Shown here piece by piece: positions 10,307 through 19,786 of a stretch of 64,000 nt of DNA. This stretch comes from Sphingobium sp. GTDB lineage: Bacteria > Pseudomonadota > Alphaproteobacteria > Sphingomonadales > Sphingomonadaceae. Where the stretch lies: positions 995 to 64,994 of the forward strand of contig DASWYL010000011.1 of assembly GCA_036404995.1 (NCBI GenBank), in the 5' to 3' direction. Position numbers and translations under genes: made by a program. Below the pieces are notes generated by a model. The model saw only the letters and a list, made by a program, of their open reading frames with translations. It did not search any database and was not told the origin of the DNA. Position 1 is the stretch's first letter, and every line of letters starts with the position of its first letter.

Positions 10307-10358
10307 GGGTAAAATGGGCGCTTGCATGGCCGCGACAATGGGCTGATTGAGGGCGACC

Positions 10359-11849
10359 ATGTCCGATCCCGTCCGTCTCAATCCGGTGCCCGATGCACCC
10401 GCAGAACCCCGCATGCCCCGTAATGTCGAGGCAGAGGCGGCGCTGCTCGGCGCGCTGATGATCGACAATCGAATCGCCGAGGACGTCCAGATGACGCTCG
10501 CGGCGGCGCATTTCTACGAGCCGCTCCACGGCCGCATCTATGACGCGATCCTGAAGCTCGTCGACCGAAACATGGTCGCCAATCCGGTGACGTTGAAACC
10601 CTTGCTGGAGGCCGATCCGGCGCTTAAGGAACTGGGCGGCCCCGGCTATCTGGCGCAGCTCACCGGCAGCGGCGCGGCGGTGATCGGGGCGCGTGACTTC
10701 GCCCGGCAGATCTACGATCTCGCCTTGCTGCGCGAGCTGGTCGGCGTCGGCCGCGAACTCGTCGAAAAGGCGCTCGACACGTCGGAGGCGATCGACCCCA
10801 AGGGCCAGATCGAGGAGGCCGAGGTCGCGCTCTACAAGGTCTCGGAGCAGGGCGGCGAAACCAGCGGCGTCAAGACCTTCGCCCAGGCGACGCGTCTTGC
10901 CGTCGACATGGCCGAGAAGGCGCTCAACTCCGGCGGCCATGTCTCGGGCATCACCACCGGCCTCGACGGGCTCAACACCAAGACGGGCGGCCTGCACAAT
11001 TCGGATCTGATCATCGTCGCCGGCCGTCCGGGCATGGGCAAGAGCTCGCTCGCGACCAACATCGCCTATAATGCGGCGCGCCGCTGGGTCCGCGACATGG
11101 CCGATGGCATCGAGCCCGCTAAGTCGATCGGCGCGCCGGTCGCCATCTTCAACCTCGAAATGTCCGCCGACCAGCTCGCGACGCGTATCCTTGCCGAACA
11201 GTCGGGCATCTCGGGCGAGAAGCTGCGCATGGGCCGCATCAATCACAGCGAGTTCCAGGATCTCGTCCGCGCCTCGCGAGAGCTGCAGGACCTGCCGCTG
11301 TTCATCGACGACAGCGCCGGCCTCACCATCGCGGCGCTGCGCACCCGCGCGCGCCGGCTAAAGCGCCGCCACGATATCGGGCTCATCGTGGTCGACTATC
11401 TCCAGCTGCTGCAGGGCTCGGGCAAGGGCAATGACAACCGCGTCAACGAGATTTCGGAGATCAGCCGCGGCCTCAAGACGCTGGCCAAGGAGCTCCAGGT
11501 CCCGGTCATCGCGCTCTCGCAGCTGAGCCGTGCCGTCGAGAGCCGCGAGGACAAGCGCCCGCAGCTCTCGGACCTGCGCGAATCCGGCTCGATCGAGCAG
11601 GACGCCGACATGGTCTGGTTCCTTTATCGCGACGATTATTACGAGATGTCCAAGGAGCCGGACATCAACCAGGATCCGGCGGCCTATACGACCTGGCGCG
11701 AGAAGATGGACCGCATCTCCGGCATCGCCGAGCTGATCGTCGCCAAGCAGCGCCACGGCGCCACCGGCAAGGTCCGCCTGCGCTTCGAATCCCAGATCAC
11801 CCGCTTCACCGACCTCGCCGACGACAGCTTCGGCGGCGGCGACGACTGA
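10359..11849 (+). CDS. dnaB: Replicative DNA helicase
   Basis: P.NVEAEAALLG, AGRPGMGKS, EMS, VDYLQL, LSQLSR, DLRESGSIEQDAD, KQRHG. No intein. Confidence 0.98.
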   Translation: MSDPVRLNPVPDAPAEPRMPRNVEAEAALLGALMIDNRIAEDVQMTLAAAHFYEPLHGRIYDAILKLVDRNMVANPVTLKPLLEADPALKELGGPGYLAQLTGSGAAVIGARDFARQIYDLALLRELVGVGRELVEKALDTSEAIDPKGQIEEAEVALYKVSEQGGETSGVKTFAQATRLAVDMAEKALNSGGHVSGITTGLDGLNTKTGGLHNSDLIIVAGRPGMGKSSLATNIAYNAARRWVRDMADGIEPAKSIGAPVAIFNLEMSADQLATRILAEQSGISGEKLRMGRINHSEFQDLVRASRELQDLPLFIDDSAGLTIAALRTRARRLKRRHDIGLIVVDYLQLLQGSGKGNDNRVNEISEISRGLKTLAKELQVPVIALSQLSRAVESREDKRPQLSDLRESGSIEQDADMVWFLYRDDYYEMSKEPDINQDPAAYTTWREKMDRISGIAELIVAKQRHGATGKVRLRFESQITRFTDLADDSFGGGDD

Positions 11850-11880
11850 GGCGGTAGCGAAGCCGCCGAATTCATCAGAT

Positions 11881-11948
11881 CCGTCACCCCGGCGAAGGCC
11901 GGGGTCCAGAGGGGCGGTCATGGATCCCGGCCTTCGCCGGGATGACGG
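11881..11948. repeat. REP doublet (REPIN-like inverted repeat)
   Basis: ccgtcaccccggcgaaggccggggtcca (11881-11908) and tggatcccggccttcgccgggatgacgg (11921-11948). Confidence 0.85.
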
Positions 11949-11990
11949 CGTCCCTTCAATGGCGTCGAATCAGGTTTTGGAAGACCCCCT

Positions 11991-12875
11991 ATGCACCACG
12001 CCTCCGCCCGCAGCACTCTTCTCCCCGTCCTCGCCTGCTGCGTGGCGATGGCCTGCTTCCAGCTCGGCGCGGCGCTGGCCAAGCAGCTCTTCGCCACCAT
12101 AGGCCCGATGGGTACGGCGTCTCTGCGCCTGTTGATCGGCGCGGGCGTGCTCATCCTGCTGACACGGCCCTGGCGCAGCTGGCCCGCGTACGTGCCGAAG
12201 CTCCCGCTGCTCGCCCTCGGTGCAAGCGTCGCGGGCGCGATCCTCTTCTACTATCTCGCCATCGACCGACTGCCGCTCGGCATCGCCATGCCCGTGCAGT
12301 TTCTCGGCCCCCTCGTGCTCGCCACGGTCATGTCGCGCGGCGTCATGGATCTGCTCTGGGTGGCGCTGGCGGCGCTCGGCATCTGGTGCCTGCTCGGCAG
12401 CGCTGCTGCGGGGCCTATCGATCCGGTCGGCATCCTCTTCGCGCTCGGTGCGGCGGTCAGCTGGGCGGTCTATATCCTCGCCGGCAAGGCCGCGGGCGAC
12501 GCGCTCGGCGGTGCCGCCGCCCCGGCCTCGCTCGGCATTGCCGCGATCATCCTGCTGCCGGTCGGCGCAGCGAGTGCCGGCACGACGCTGCTCGATCCCG
12601 CCATCCTCCCGCTTGCCGCGCTCGTCGCCATCGTCTCGGCGACCATTCCCTTCTGGCTCGAGCTCTACGCCATGCCGCGCCTGCCGACCCGCACCTTCTC
12701 GGTGCTGATGAGCCTAGAGCCGGTCTTCGCCGTCCTGTTCGGCCTGGCCGTGCTCGGCGAGCATCTCTCGCTCGTCCAGACCCTCGGGGTTGCGCTTGTG
12801 ATCGGCTCCAGCATCGGCTCGGTGCTGACCATCCGCGAGCGCGAAACCGCCGCCGTGCCGCCGTCATTGGATTAG
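11991..12875 (+). CDS. EamA/DMT-family transporter (RhtA-like)
   Basis: Q.GAALAK.LF, FY.AIDRLPLG, WA.YIL, SLEP motifs, 10 TM pattern. Confidence 0.9.
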   Translation: MHHASARSTLLPVLACCVAMACFQLGAALAKQLFATIGPMGTASLRLLIGAGVLILLTRPWRSWPAYVPKLPLLALGASVAGAILFYYLAIDRLPLGIAMPVQFLGPLVLATVMSRGVMDLLWVALAALGIWCLLGSAAAGPIDPVGILFALGAAVSWAVYILAGKAAGDALGGAAAPASLGIAAIILLPVGAASAGTTLLDPAILPLAALVAIVSATIPFWLELYAMPRLPTRTFSVLMSLEPVFAVLFGLAVLGEHLSLVQTLGVALVIGSSIGSVLTIRERETAAVPPSLD

Positions 12876-12914
12876 CGGCCCCGGTGGCGTAAGATGCGCA
12901 TCGAGGAGAGCGCC

Positions 12915-13514
12915 ATGACCACGCGACGCGACCTGTTGATCGGCTTGGGGGGCACCTTGGGCGCCGCCGCATTGGCGACGCGCCTGTTCCCGCAGGACGC
13001 GCGGGCAGCCGAGCGTGCCTGCACGGCCGGCGCGCTCACCCGCCGCCAGACCGAAGGGCCCTATTTCAAGCCCGACACCCCCGCGCGGCGCGACATCCGC
13101 GAGCCCGGCACAAGCGGCGCCCTTGTCATCGTGAGCGGCCGCGTCCTCGATACCCAATGCCGGCCGATTGCGGGCGCGCTCATCGATTTCTGGCAGACCG
13201 GCGACACTGGCGGCTACGACACGCGCGGCTACCAGTATCGCGGCCACCAGCTCACTGACGCGCAGGGCCGCTACGAGCTGCTCACCATCCGGCCCGTCCA
13301 GTATAGCGAGGGCGGCATATTCCGGACTCCGCATATCCACGCAAAGCTGCAGGGCGCGGGCACGGGGATGCTCAACACCCAGCTCTATTTCCCCGATGCC
13401 GAGGCGACCAACCGCATCGACCGGATTTTCGATCCGAGCCTGCTGGTCGATCTGCAAGGCACGCGCGACGGCGCCCGGCTCGCGATTTTCGATTTCGTGC
13501 TGGCGCGGGCCTAG
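12915..13514 (+). CDS. Tat-exported intradiol ring-cleavage dioxygenase family protein
   Basis: TTRRDLL twin-arginine signal. EGPY, DFWQ..G.Y, RG...TD..GRY, IRP..Y, RTPHIH, TQLYF. Confidence 0.88.
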   Translation: MTTRRDLLIGLGGTLGAAALATRLFPQDARAAERACTAGALTRRQTEGPYFKPDTPARRDIREPGTSGALVIVSGRVLDTQCRPIAGALIDFWQTGDTGGYDTRGYQYRGHQLTDAQGRYELLTIRPVQYSEGGIFRTPHIHAKLQGAGTGMLNTQLYFPDAEATNRIDRIFDPSLLVDLQGTRDGARLAIFDFVLARA

Positions 13515-13629
13515 GCACCAGCCGGATCGCAGCTGGCGCCCCTATCCAGCGGCTTGCAAATCCGCGCGGTTTCCCGATGATCGCGCGCCAGAGCGAAGCA
13601 CGGGCTTCGCCGACGGGGAGGGGACCGCC

Positions 13630-14151
13630 ATGCCGCTGAAACGTTTTTTCTCTGCCGCCGCCATCGCCGCCGCATTCTGTCTCGGCCTCGCCGCGCAAGC
13701 GGGTGGGAAGGCGCAGCCATCCGCGGACGCCGCGCTCGCCCGCGATCGCCTCGCGATCGAGGCCACGCTGCAGGACTATGTCCGTGCGCTCGATGGCTCG
13801 GATCTCCCCGCCTATCTCGCCACGCTGACCGAGGACGCCAAATTCCTGTCGAAGGAAGGCAATTACTACGGCAGGAAAGCGATCTCGGATTATGTCTCGC
13901 CCGTGATGAACGCGCGTCTCAAGCGCGCGGCATCAGGCACTGACACCGTCAAGGGTACGCACCACGTCATTTCGAACATTGCCCTGCGCTTCGTCGACCT
14001 CGATCATGCCGTTATGACCAGCTACTGGATGTTCGTTGTCGCCCATAAGCAGGGAGCGGCCACGATCGAGGTCATGGGCAGTGCCGAGGATCATTTCGTC
14101 CGCCAAGGCGGCAAATGGCTGATCAGCGAGCGCCATGTCGAGACCCTCTGA
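13630..14151 (+). CDS. Secreted NTF2/SnoaL-like protein
   Basis: ATG 13630 after GGGGAGG. Signal peptide, DRLAIE..L..Y..ALD, THHVISN, D.FVR..G.WLI.ER. Confidence 0.85.
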   Translation: MPLKRFFSAAAIAAAFCLGLAAQAGGKAQPSADAALARDRLAIEATLQDYVRALDGSDLPAYLATLTEDAKFLSKEGNYYGRKAISDYVSPVMNARLKRAASGTDTVKGTHHVISNIALRFVDLDHAVMTSYWMFVVAHKQGAATIEVMGSAEDHFVRQGGKWLISERHVETL

Positions 14152-14166
14152 CCGGCCGCCTCTGGC

Positions 14167-15978
14167 CTAAGCCTTCAGCCGGGCCGCCGTCCGCGCCTCG
14201 ATGCGCCTCTCAAGGATCGTGAGTGGCATCGCACCATCCTGCAGGATGTCGTGGAACCACCTGATGTCCCATTTTGCTCCGAGCGTCTTCTCGGCCTTCT
14301 CGCGCGCCCGCGTCCACGCGGCGTGGCCGACCTTGTAGCTGCAGGCCTGCCCCGGCATCGTGCAATAGCGCTCGACCTCGCGCTGGCTGCGCGGGCGCGC
14401 GAAGCCGGTGGTCGCGACCATATAGTCGGTGGCCTGCTCGCGGCTCCACTTCTTGGTGTGGATGCCGGTGTCGATGACCAGGCGCGCGGCGCGGAACAGG
14501 TAGGACTGGAGATAGCCCGCCCGCTCCAGCGCTGTCTTGTAGCTGCCCAACTCATCGGCGAGATGCTCGGCGTAGAGCGCCCAGCCTTCGCCATAACCCG
14601 AGAGGAAGGCAACCTTGCGGAGCGTCGGCATGGCGCCAGAGGCTTGCGCCGTCGAGAGCTGGAGATGATGCCCGGGCACGCCTTCATGATAAGTGAGGGC
14701 GGGCAGGCTGTATTTCGGCCAGTCGCCGACATCCTTGAGGTTGATGAAGTAGATGGCCGGGCGCGAGCCGTCGAGCGCAGCGCGCTGGTAATAGCCGTTG
14801 GAGGCTCCGTCCTGGATCTCGACCGGCACGCGGCGGATTTCCAGAGGTGCGTTGGGCGGGGCGTTGAAGTAGCGCGGTAGCCGCGCGATCATGTCGCGCA
14901 CGCCTTCGTTAAGGCCTTTGATCAGGTCGGCGCGCCCGGCGTCCGTGTTCGGATAGAGCTGTTCCGGGCGTTTGTTGAGCGCTGTCAGCCGGTCCCCGAC
15001 CGATCCGGTGGTGAGGCCATTGGCCTTGAGGATCGAATCCAGTTCGGACGTGATTGACTTGACCTGATCGAGGCCCATCTGGTGGACCTGCTCGGGTGTC
15101 ATGTCGGTCGTCGTCCAGTAGGCGAGTTCATCGGCATAGAGTTCATCGCCGCGCTTCACACGCCAGATGCCGTCGCCCGCCGCCGTAGTTGGCTTCAGTT
15201 TCTCGATGAGCGCGATCTGTCGATCGAGCGCGGGATAGACCTTGTCGGCGACGATCTTGGCCGCCTGTCCAGCCCAGTCGCCGGTAATGCCTGCTGCCTT
15301 TGAGCGGTCGGCGAGCGACTTCACCATCGAGCATTCTTCCGGCTTGGGGTCGCGCAGCGCATGCATCTGGCCCAGCGACAGGTCGAGCGACCAGGCCGGC
15401 GCAAGATAGCTCCGCGCGGCATAGGCCTGCTGCACAGCCGTGTCCTGGTCGAGCGCGGTGCCAAGTGCTGAGAGCCGCGTCAGATATGCGTCGCAATCTT
15501 CTTTCGTGGCGATGACGTGGCTTGAGTTCAGGAAGTCCGGCAGGTCGAAATATGCGCCGCCCTGCTGGTAGATTCGATAGGGCAGGGCGATGCCGGCCAG
15601 GTCATATTTCTCCGCGGGGATGAGGTCGCGCTCCAGCGAGTAGCGAATGCAGTCGTAGTTGAGCTGATCCCGATCGGTGAGCTTCTGGCCCTTGAAGCTG
15701 TCAAGCAGGGCGAGCGACTTCCTGGTGATCGCCAGATTGTCCTTCACTGCTTGCAGGCTCCGGTCGTCCAGTTTCGACTTCGCGGCAGCGCGCGGGCCTT
15801 TGTCGAGACCGAGCGATGTCGCCGTTTCAGGCGATGCGTCGACCGCCATGTTGAAGATCGTCTCGAAGGCGGCGTCGAGCGCGGGCGTGGTCTCGCCGGC
15901 AGTCTGGGCGAAGGCGCGTGGCGCCAGGCCGAGCAGCGCGAGCGAGGCGGACGACAGGAGAAAGTCGCGGCGGTCCAT
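14167..15978 (-). CDS. DUF885 family protein (Tat-exported putative metallopeptidase)
   Basis: MDRRDFLL Tat signal, YHEGVPGHH, EGWALYAE, RAARLVIDTGIH, EVERY..PGQACSY. Confidence 0.92.
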   Translation of the reverse strand: MDRRDFLLSSASLALLGLAPRAFAQTAGETTPALDAAFETIFNMAVDASPETATSLGLDKGPRAAAKSKLDDRSLQAVKDNLAITRKSLALLDSFKGQKLTDRDQLNYDCIRYSLERDLIPAEKYDLAGIALPYRIYQQGGAYFDLPDFLNSSHVIATKEDCDAYLTRLSALGTALDQDTAVQQAYAARSYLAPAWSLDLSLGQMHALRDPKPEECSMVKSLADRSKAAGITGDWAGQAAKIVADKVYPALDRQIALIEKLKPTTAAGDGIWRVKRGDELYADELAYWTTTDMTPEQVHQMGLDQVKSITSELDSILKANGLTTGSVGDRLTALNKRPEQLYPNTDAGRADLIKGLNEGVRDMIARLPRYFNAPPNAPLEIRRVPVEIQDGASNGYYQRAALDGSRPAIYFINLKDVGDWPKYSLPALTYHEGVPGHHLQLSTAQASGAMPTLRKVAFLSGYGEGWALYAEHLADELGSYKTALERAGYLQSYLFRAARLVIDTGIHTKKWSREQATDYMVATTGFARPRSQREVERYCTMPGQACSYKVGHAAWTRAREKAEKTLGAKWDIRWFHDILQDGAMPLTILERRIEARTAARLKA

Positions 15979-16105
15979 GATGGGCAGCTCCAGCTTGAGG
16001 GAGCCCGCAACCTAGACCAGTTTGACCGCGACGCAATAATCTATCGCGGGCGTTTTTGTGTGGGGCGAGCGGATCATTCTGTCCGAGAAAAAATATTCGC
16101 ACATG

Positions 16106-16132
16106 TGTCGATCGCGCGCGGGTTCGTTCGTC
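16106..16132 (+). promoter_or_regulatory. ECF42-type promoter of the first DGPF/YciI gene
   Basis: TGTCGA-N17-CGTC matches the TGTCGA / CG(A/T)C consensus described for ECF42. Confidence 0.7.
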
Positions 16133-16183
16133 ATGGGATATGAGGCTCGATGAGAGGAGCCCGCAAAGGCAAGGAGACAAATC

Positions 16184-16609
16184 ATGCGCGTGATGGTGTT
16201 CGCGAAAGCGACGGAGGACAGCGCGAAGGGCGTGCCCCCTACGAAAGAGGCGTTCGAGGCCATGGACAAGTTCACCGAGGAGTTGGTCGAGGCCGGTGTC
16301 CTCGTGGCCGGTGCCGGCCTCAAGCCTGCCGCTGAAGCCAAGCGCATCCTGGTCGACGGTGCCAGTCGCACCGTCATTGACGGCCCATTCGCCGAGGCGC
16401 GCGAAATGGTCGCGGGCTTCTCGATCTGGGAGGTCAAGGACATGGATGAAGCGGTCGCCTGGGCCAGGCGTTGCCCAAATCCCATGTCGGGGCCCAGTGC
16501 GATCGAGCTCTGGCCGTTCCTGGAAGCGGCGGACCTCGCTGAATTCCTGACCCCCGAAGAACTTTCGACGCCCCGTGAAGGCGAGCGCGGCAAGCTCGGC
16601 GTCGCCTGA
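16184..16609 (+). CDS. YciI/DGPF-domain protein
   Basis: VIDGPFAEAREMVAGF, EAVAWARRCP. Confidence 0.92.
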   Translation: MRVMVFAKATEDSAKGVPPTKEAFEAMDKFTEELVEAGVLVAGAGLKPAAEAKRILVDGASRTVIDGPFAEAREMVAGFSIWEVKDMDEAVAWARRCPNPMSGPSAIELWPFLEAADLAEFLTPEELSTPREGERGKLGVA

Positions 16610-16625
16610 AAAAATTTCAGTCCCT

Positions 16626-16652
16626 CGTCGATTTGCCGGAGTCTCGTTCGTC
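16626..16652 (+). promoter_or_regulatory. ECF42-type promoter of the second DGPF/YciI gene
   Basis: CGTCGA-N17-CGTC with the same TCGTTCGTC -10 context as 16106-16132. Confidence 0.65.
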
Positions 16653-16698
16653 GTGACGATATCCCGCAAGTGAGCAGGGACAGCCAAGGAGACAAGAC

Positions 16699-17130
16699 AT
16701 GCGTGTAATGGTTTTCGTGAAAGCGACCGAAGACAGCGAGAAGGGCCTCTTCCCGCAGCCCGAGATGAGCGAAATGCTTGAGGCGATGGGCAAGTTCAAC
16801 GAGGAACTGGTCAAGGCCGGCATCATGCAGAGCGGCGACGGGCTCAAGCCCTCGTCGGAGGGCAAGCGTGTCGCGTTCGACGGCCCCAATCGCACCGTAA
16901 TCGATGGCCCGTTCGCCGAGGCGCGCGAGCTGGTCGCCGGCTACTGGATCTGGGAAGTGAAGGACATGGACGAGGCCGTGGCCTGGGTGAAGCGCTGCCC
17001 CAATCCCATGCTCGGGCCCAGCGAGATCGAGATCCGCCCCTTCTATGAAATGGAGGATTTCGGCGAGATCATGACGCCGGAAGCCGAAGAGATTCATGAT
17101 CGCGTCCGCGACAAGCTGGAGGGCCGCTGA
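16699..17130 (+). CDS. YciI/DGPF-domain protein (tandem paralog)
   Basis: VIDGPFAEARELVAGY, EAVAWVKRCP, EIEIRP. Confidence 0.92.
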   Translation: MRVMVFVKATEDSEKGLFPQPEMSEMLEAMGKFNEELVKAGIMQSGDGLKPSSEGKRVAFDGPNRTVIDGPFAEARELVAGYWIWEVKDMDEAVAWVKRCPNPMLGPSEIEIRPFYEMEDFGEIMTPEAEEIHDRVRDKLEGR

Positions 17131-17150
17131 GGCGATCTTGGTCTTCCCCA

Positions 17151-17251
17151 AGTTCGTCTTGGGGAGGGGACCAAGAAGCGGACTTTCCTCGGAATCTATC
17201 CTTCTACCACCGAGCGGGCGGTGCCCTGACCCACGCTTCGCGTGGGAGGAT
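17151..17251. repeat. Degenerate palindromic/REP-like elements
   Basis: ttccccaag-ttcgt-cttggggag hairpin and a REP-like arm gacccacgcttcgcgtgggaggat. Confidence 0.4.
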
Positions 17252-17300
17252 CAGAACGTGACATGCTTGCCTTGCCGGGACGATTTTCCGACAAGGCGGC

Positions 17301-18569
17301 ATGGCAGCGGACGAGACCCATCGAGCGATCGAGGCAGTATACCGGATCGAACGGGCCAGGCTCATTGCAGGCCTGGCCCGCGTGGTTCGCAATGTCGATC
17401 TCGCCGAGGAACTGGCGCAGGAGGCGCTGCTGACGGCGCTCTCCGAATGGCCGCGGACGGGCATTCCCGACAAGCCCGGCGCGTGGCTGATGACGGCCGC
17501 CCGGCGCCGCGCGATCGACGGTATCCGCCGTGAGCAGATGCGCCAGCGCAAGCATGCCGAGATCGCCCTCGGGCAGGAGAGCGACCAGGGGGATGCGGCG
17601 GCACAGATCGAGGCAGCCATGGACGACGATCTTGGCGACGAACTGCTTGGCCTCATCTTCACGGCCTGCCATCCGGTCCTACCGCGGGAGGGGCGCGCAG
17701 CGCTGACCCTGCGGCTTATCGGTGGCCTCACTACGGATGAGATCGCTCGCGCCTTTCTCTCGAACGAGGCAACGATCGCCCAACGCATCGTTCGCGCCAA
17801 GAAGACGATCGGCAAGAGTGGCCTCGCCTTTGAAGTACCGCGCGCAGCCGAGCGTCCCGCGCGTCTCGCTTCGGTGCTGGAGGTCGTCTACCTCATCTTC
17901 AACGAAGGCTATGCCGCAACAGCCGGGGCGGATCTCATCCGGCCTTCGCTCTGCCTTGAGGCGCAGCGGCTCGGTCGTATCCTGGCCGGCCTGATGCCCG
18001 ACGAGCCCGATGTGCTCGGCCTGCTTGCGCTCATGGAAATCCAGGCGTCGCGCTTCGCCGCACGAACCGGACCGGACGGGGCCTTCGTCTCATTGACCGA
18101 TCAGGACCGGTCGCGCTGGGACCAGTTACTCATTCTTCGTGGCCTCGATGCGCTGGAGCGGGCCGAAGCGCTGGGCGGCGAAGACCGCCTCTATGTGCTG
18201 CAGGCCGCCCTTGCCGCCTGCCACGCCCGCGCCCGCCGCGCCGAGGATACGGATTGGTGCCAGATCGCGGCGCTCTATGACCGGCTGCGTGAGGTCATGC
18301 CGTCACCCGTCGTCGATCTGAATCGGGCGGTGGCGCACAGCATGGCCTATGGGCCCGAGGCCGGTCTTGCTCTGGTCGACGAGATCGCAGACGTCGCCGT
18401 GCTGCGCAATTATGCGCCGCTCCCTGCGGCGAAGGGTGATTTCCTGTTCCGCGCCGGGCGGCTGCCCGAAGCGAAAGTGCAGTTCGAGGCTGCCGCAAAC
18501 CTCACGCGCAACGAACGCGAGAAGGCGTTTCTCCTCACTCGCATGGCGGCCTGCGACTGCGCCGGTTAG
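17301..18569 (+). CDS. ECF42-type RNA polymerase sigma factor with C-terminal TPR extension
   Basis: Sigma2/sigma4 (AEELAQEA..AL..WP..G.PD.PGAWL; LIFTACHP.L; EIARAF...ATIAQRIVRAK), YLIFNEGY, QDRSRWD, C-terminal helical repeats. Adjacent to DGPF genes. Confidence 0.92.
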   Translation: MAADETHRAIEAVYRIERARLIAGLARVVRNVDLAEELAQEALLTALSEWPRTGIPDKPGAWLMTAARRRAIDGIRREQMRQRKHAEIALGQESDQGDAAAQIEAAMDDDLGDELLGLIFTACHPVLPREGRAALTLRLIGGLTTDEIARAFLSNEATIAQRIVRAKKTIGKSGLAFEVPRAAERPARLASVLEVVYLIFNEGYAATAGADLIRPSLCLEAQRLGRILAGLMPDEPDVLGLLALMEIQASRFAARTGPDGAFVSLTDQDRSRWDQLLILRGLDALERAEALGGEDRLYVLQAALAACHARARRAEDTDWCQIAALYDRLREVMPSPVVDLNRAVAHSMAYGPEAGLALVDEIADVAVLRNYAPLPAAKGDFLFRAGRLPEAKVQFEAAANLTRNEREKAFLLTRMAACDCAG

Positions 18570-18573
18570 TCGA

Positions 18574-19353
18574 TCAGAAGACCGGCTGGTTGGCAGGATC
18601 TTCCGGGTCGGCGATCGGTGTCGAGACGGTGTGGATACCGCACTCCACCTTGTCCCAGCCGCGCCAGCGACCTGCCCGTGGGTCTTCGCCCGGCATCACC
18701 TTGCTTGTGCAGGGCTCACAGCCGATCGAGAGATAGCCCTGCGCCTCCAGGGGGTGGCGGGGCAGGTCATGCGCTTCGAAATAGGCATCGAGCGCACTCT
18801 TGTCCCAGTCCCCGAGCGGGTTGATCTTCAGTCGTCCGTCCTCGATCTCGAAGCGCGGCAGGTTCTGACGCGTTACGGACTGGAAGGCCTTGCGGCCGGA
18901 GATCCAGCTGTCCAGTCCCTCCTTGGCGCGCTTCAGCGGCTCCACCTTCCGGATCTCGCAGCAGCCGTCAGGATCGTAGGACCAGCGCAGATTGTTGGCG
19001 TCCTTGGCGGCGAGCACGTCGGCGAGCGGCGTCACTGTCCGGCTGTCGGTGAAGCCGAGCGTCTTCACCAGCGTATCGCGATAGTCCAGCGTTTCGGGGA
19101 ACATGCGCAGCGTGTCGACGAAGACGACAGGCATCGCCTTGTCCGCCTGCGCCACCAGGTGCAGCAGCACTGCGCTCTCGGTCCCGAAGGACGAGACGAC
19201 CGCCACCTTGCCGAGAATGCCCTCGGCGACCAGCGCTTTCAGCATCTCGCCCGCAGGAACGCCCGCGAAGCGCGCGTTGAGCGCGTCTGCCTGGTCCTGT
19301 GTCCAGCGAGGTGCCGCGTCGATGCGGTCGATCTGGCGGGCCGGTTCAGCCAT
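18574..19353 (-). CDS. cysH: Adenylyl-/phosphoadenylyl-sulfate reductase
   Basis: SSFGTES, DT...FPET, CCEIRKVEP, SIGCEPCT, RAGRW..K.ECGIH. The CC...CxxC pattern indicates an Fe-S (APS-type) enzyme. Confidence 0.95.
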   Translation of the reverse strand: MAEPARQIDRIDAAPRWTQDQADALNARFAGVPAGEMLKALVAEGILGKVAVVSSFGTESAVLLHLVAQADKAMPVVFVDTLRMFPETLDYRDTLVKTLGFTDSRTVTPLADVLAAKDANNLRWSYDPDGCCEIRKVEPLKRAKEGLDSWISGRKAFQSVTRQNLPRFEIEDGRLKINPLGDWDKSALDAYFEAHDLPRHPLEAQGYLSIGCEPCTSKVMPGEDPRAGRWRGWDKVECGIHTVSTPIADPEDPANQPVF

Positions 19354-19786
19354 GCTTGGATCCGTGCCGCAGGGCCCAGATCGGGCGGGCGGCGTCGGCG
19401 GCCTTCTGGTAGCGCTGCGGGAAGCGGCCAAGCGCGGCCTTGAGCGCGATCGGATCGAGCGGCTGGTCGGGCCCGAAGCTGTCGAAACCGCAGCGGACCA
19501 TGTGGCCGATCTGGTCGACCAGCACGGCGCCTGTTGCGCGCAGTTCGCCGTCATAGCCCTGCTCACGCAGGATCCGCGCCGCCGAATAGCCGCGTCCGTC
19601 CGTGAAGGCGGGGAAATTCACTTCGATAAGCTGCAGGCGGTCCAGATACGGCAGCAGCTCGCGCGCGTCCTCGCCCGCTTCGATGCGCACCGCGACGGCG
19701 TTGCTCTGTCCGGCAAAGGCTTCGAGCGTCACGGCGGGGGCTTCGCTTGCCGGCTGGTCGTGCCGCGTCGTGAAGAAATCAAGCAT
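19346..19786 (-). CDS. DUF934 family protein
   Basis: FPAFTDGRGYSAARILRE.GY.GELRA.G, RCGFDSF. Located in the cys operon. Confidence 0.92.
   Translation of the reverse strand: MLDFFTTRHDQPASEAPAVTLEAFAGQSNAVAVRIEAGEDARELLPYLDRLQLIEVNFPAFTDGRGYSAARILREQGYDGELRATGAVLVDQIGHMVRCGFDSFGPDQPLDPIALKAALGRFPQRYQKAADAARPIWALRHGSKHG

Noticed and set aside
10287-11246. Long antisense/alternate-frame ORFs (e.g. 10287-11246, 25852-28035, 28328-29785, 56573-58618)
   Set aside because: They are shadow ORFs of well-supported genes in high-GC DNA and carry no family motifs.
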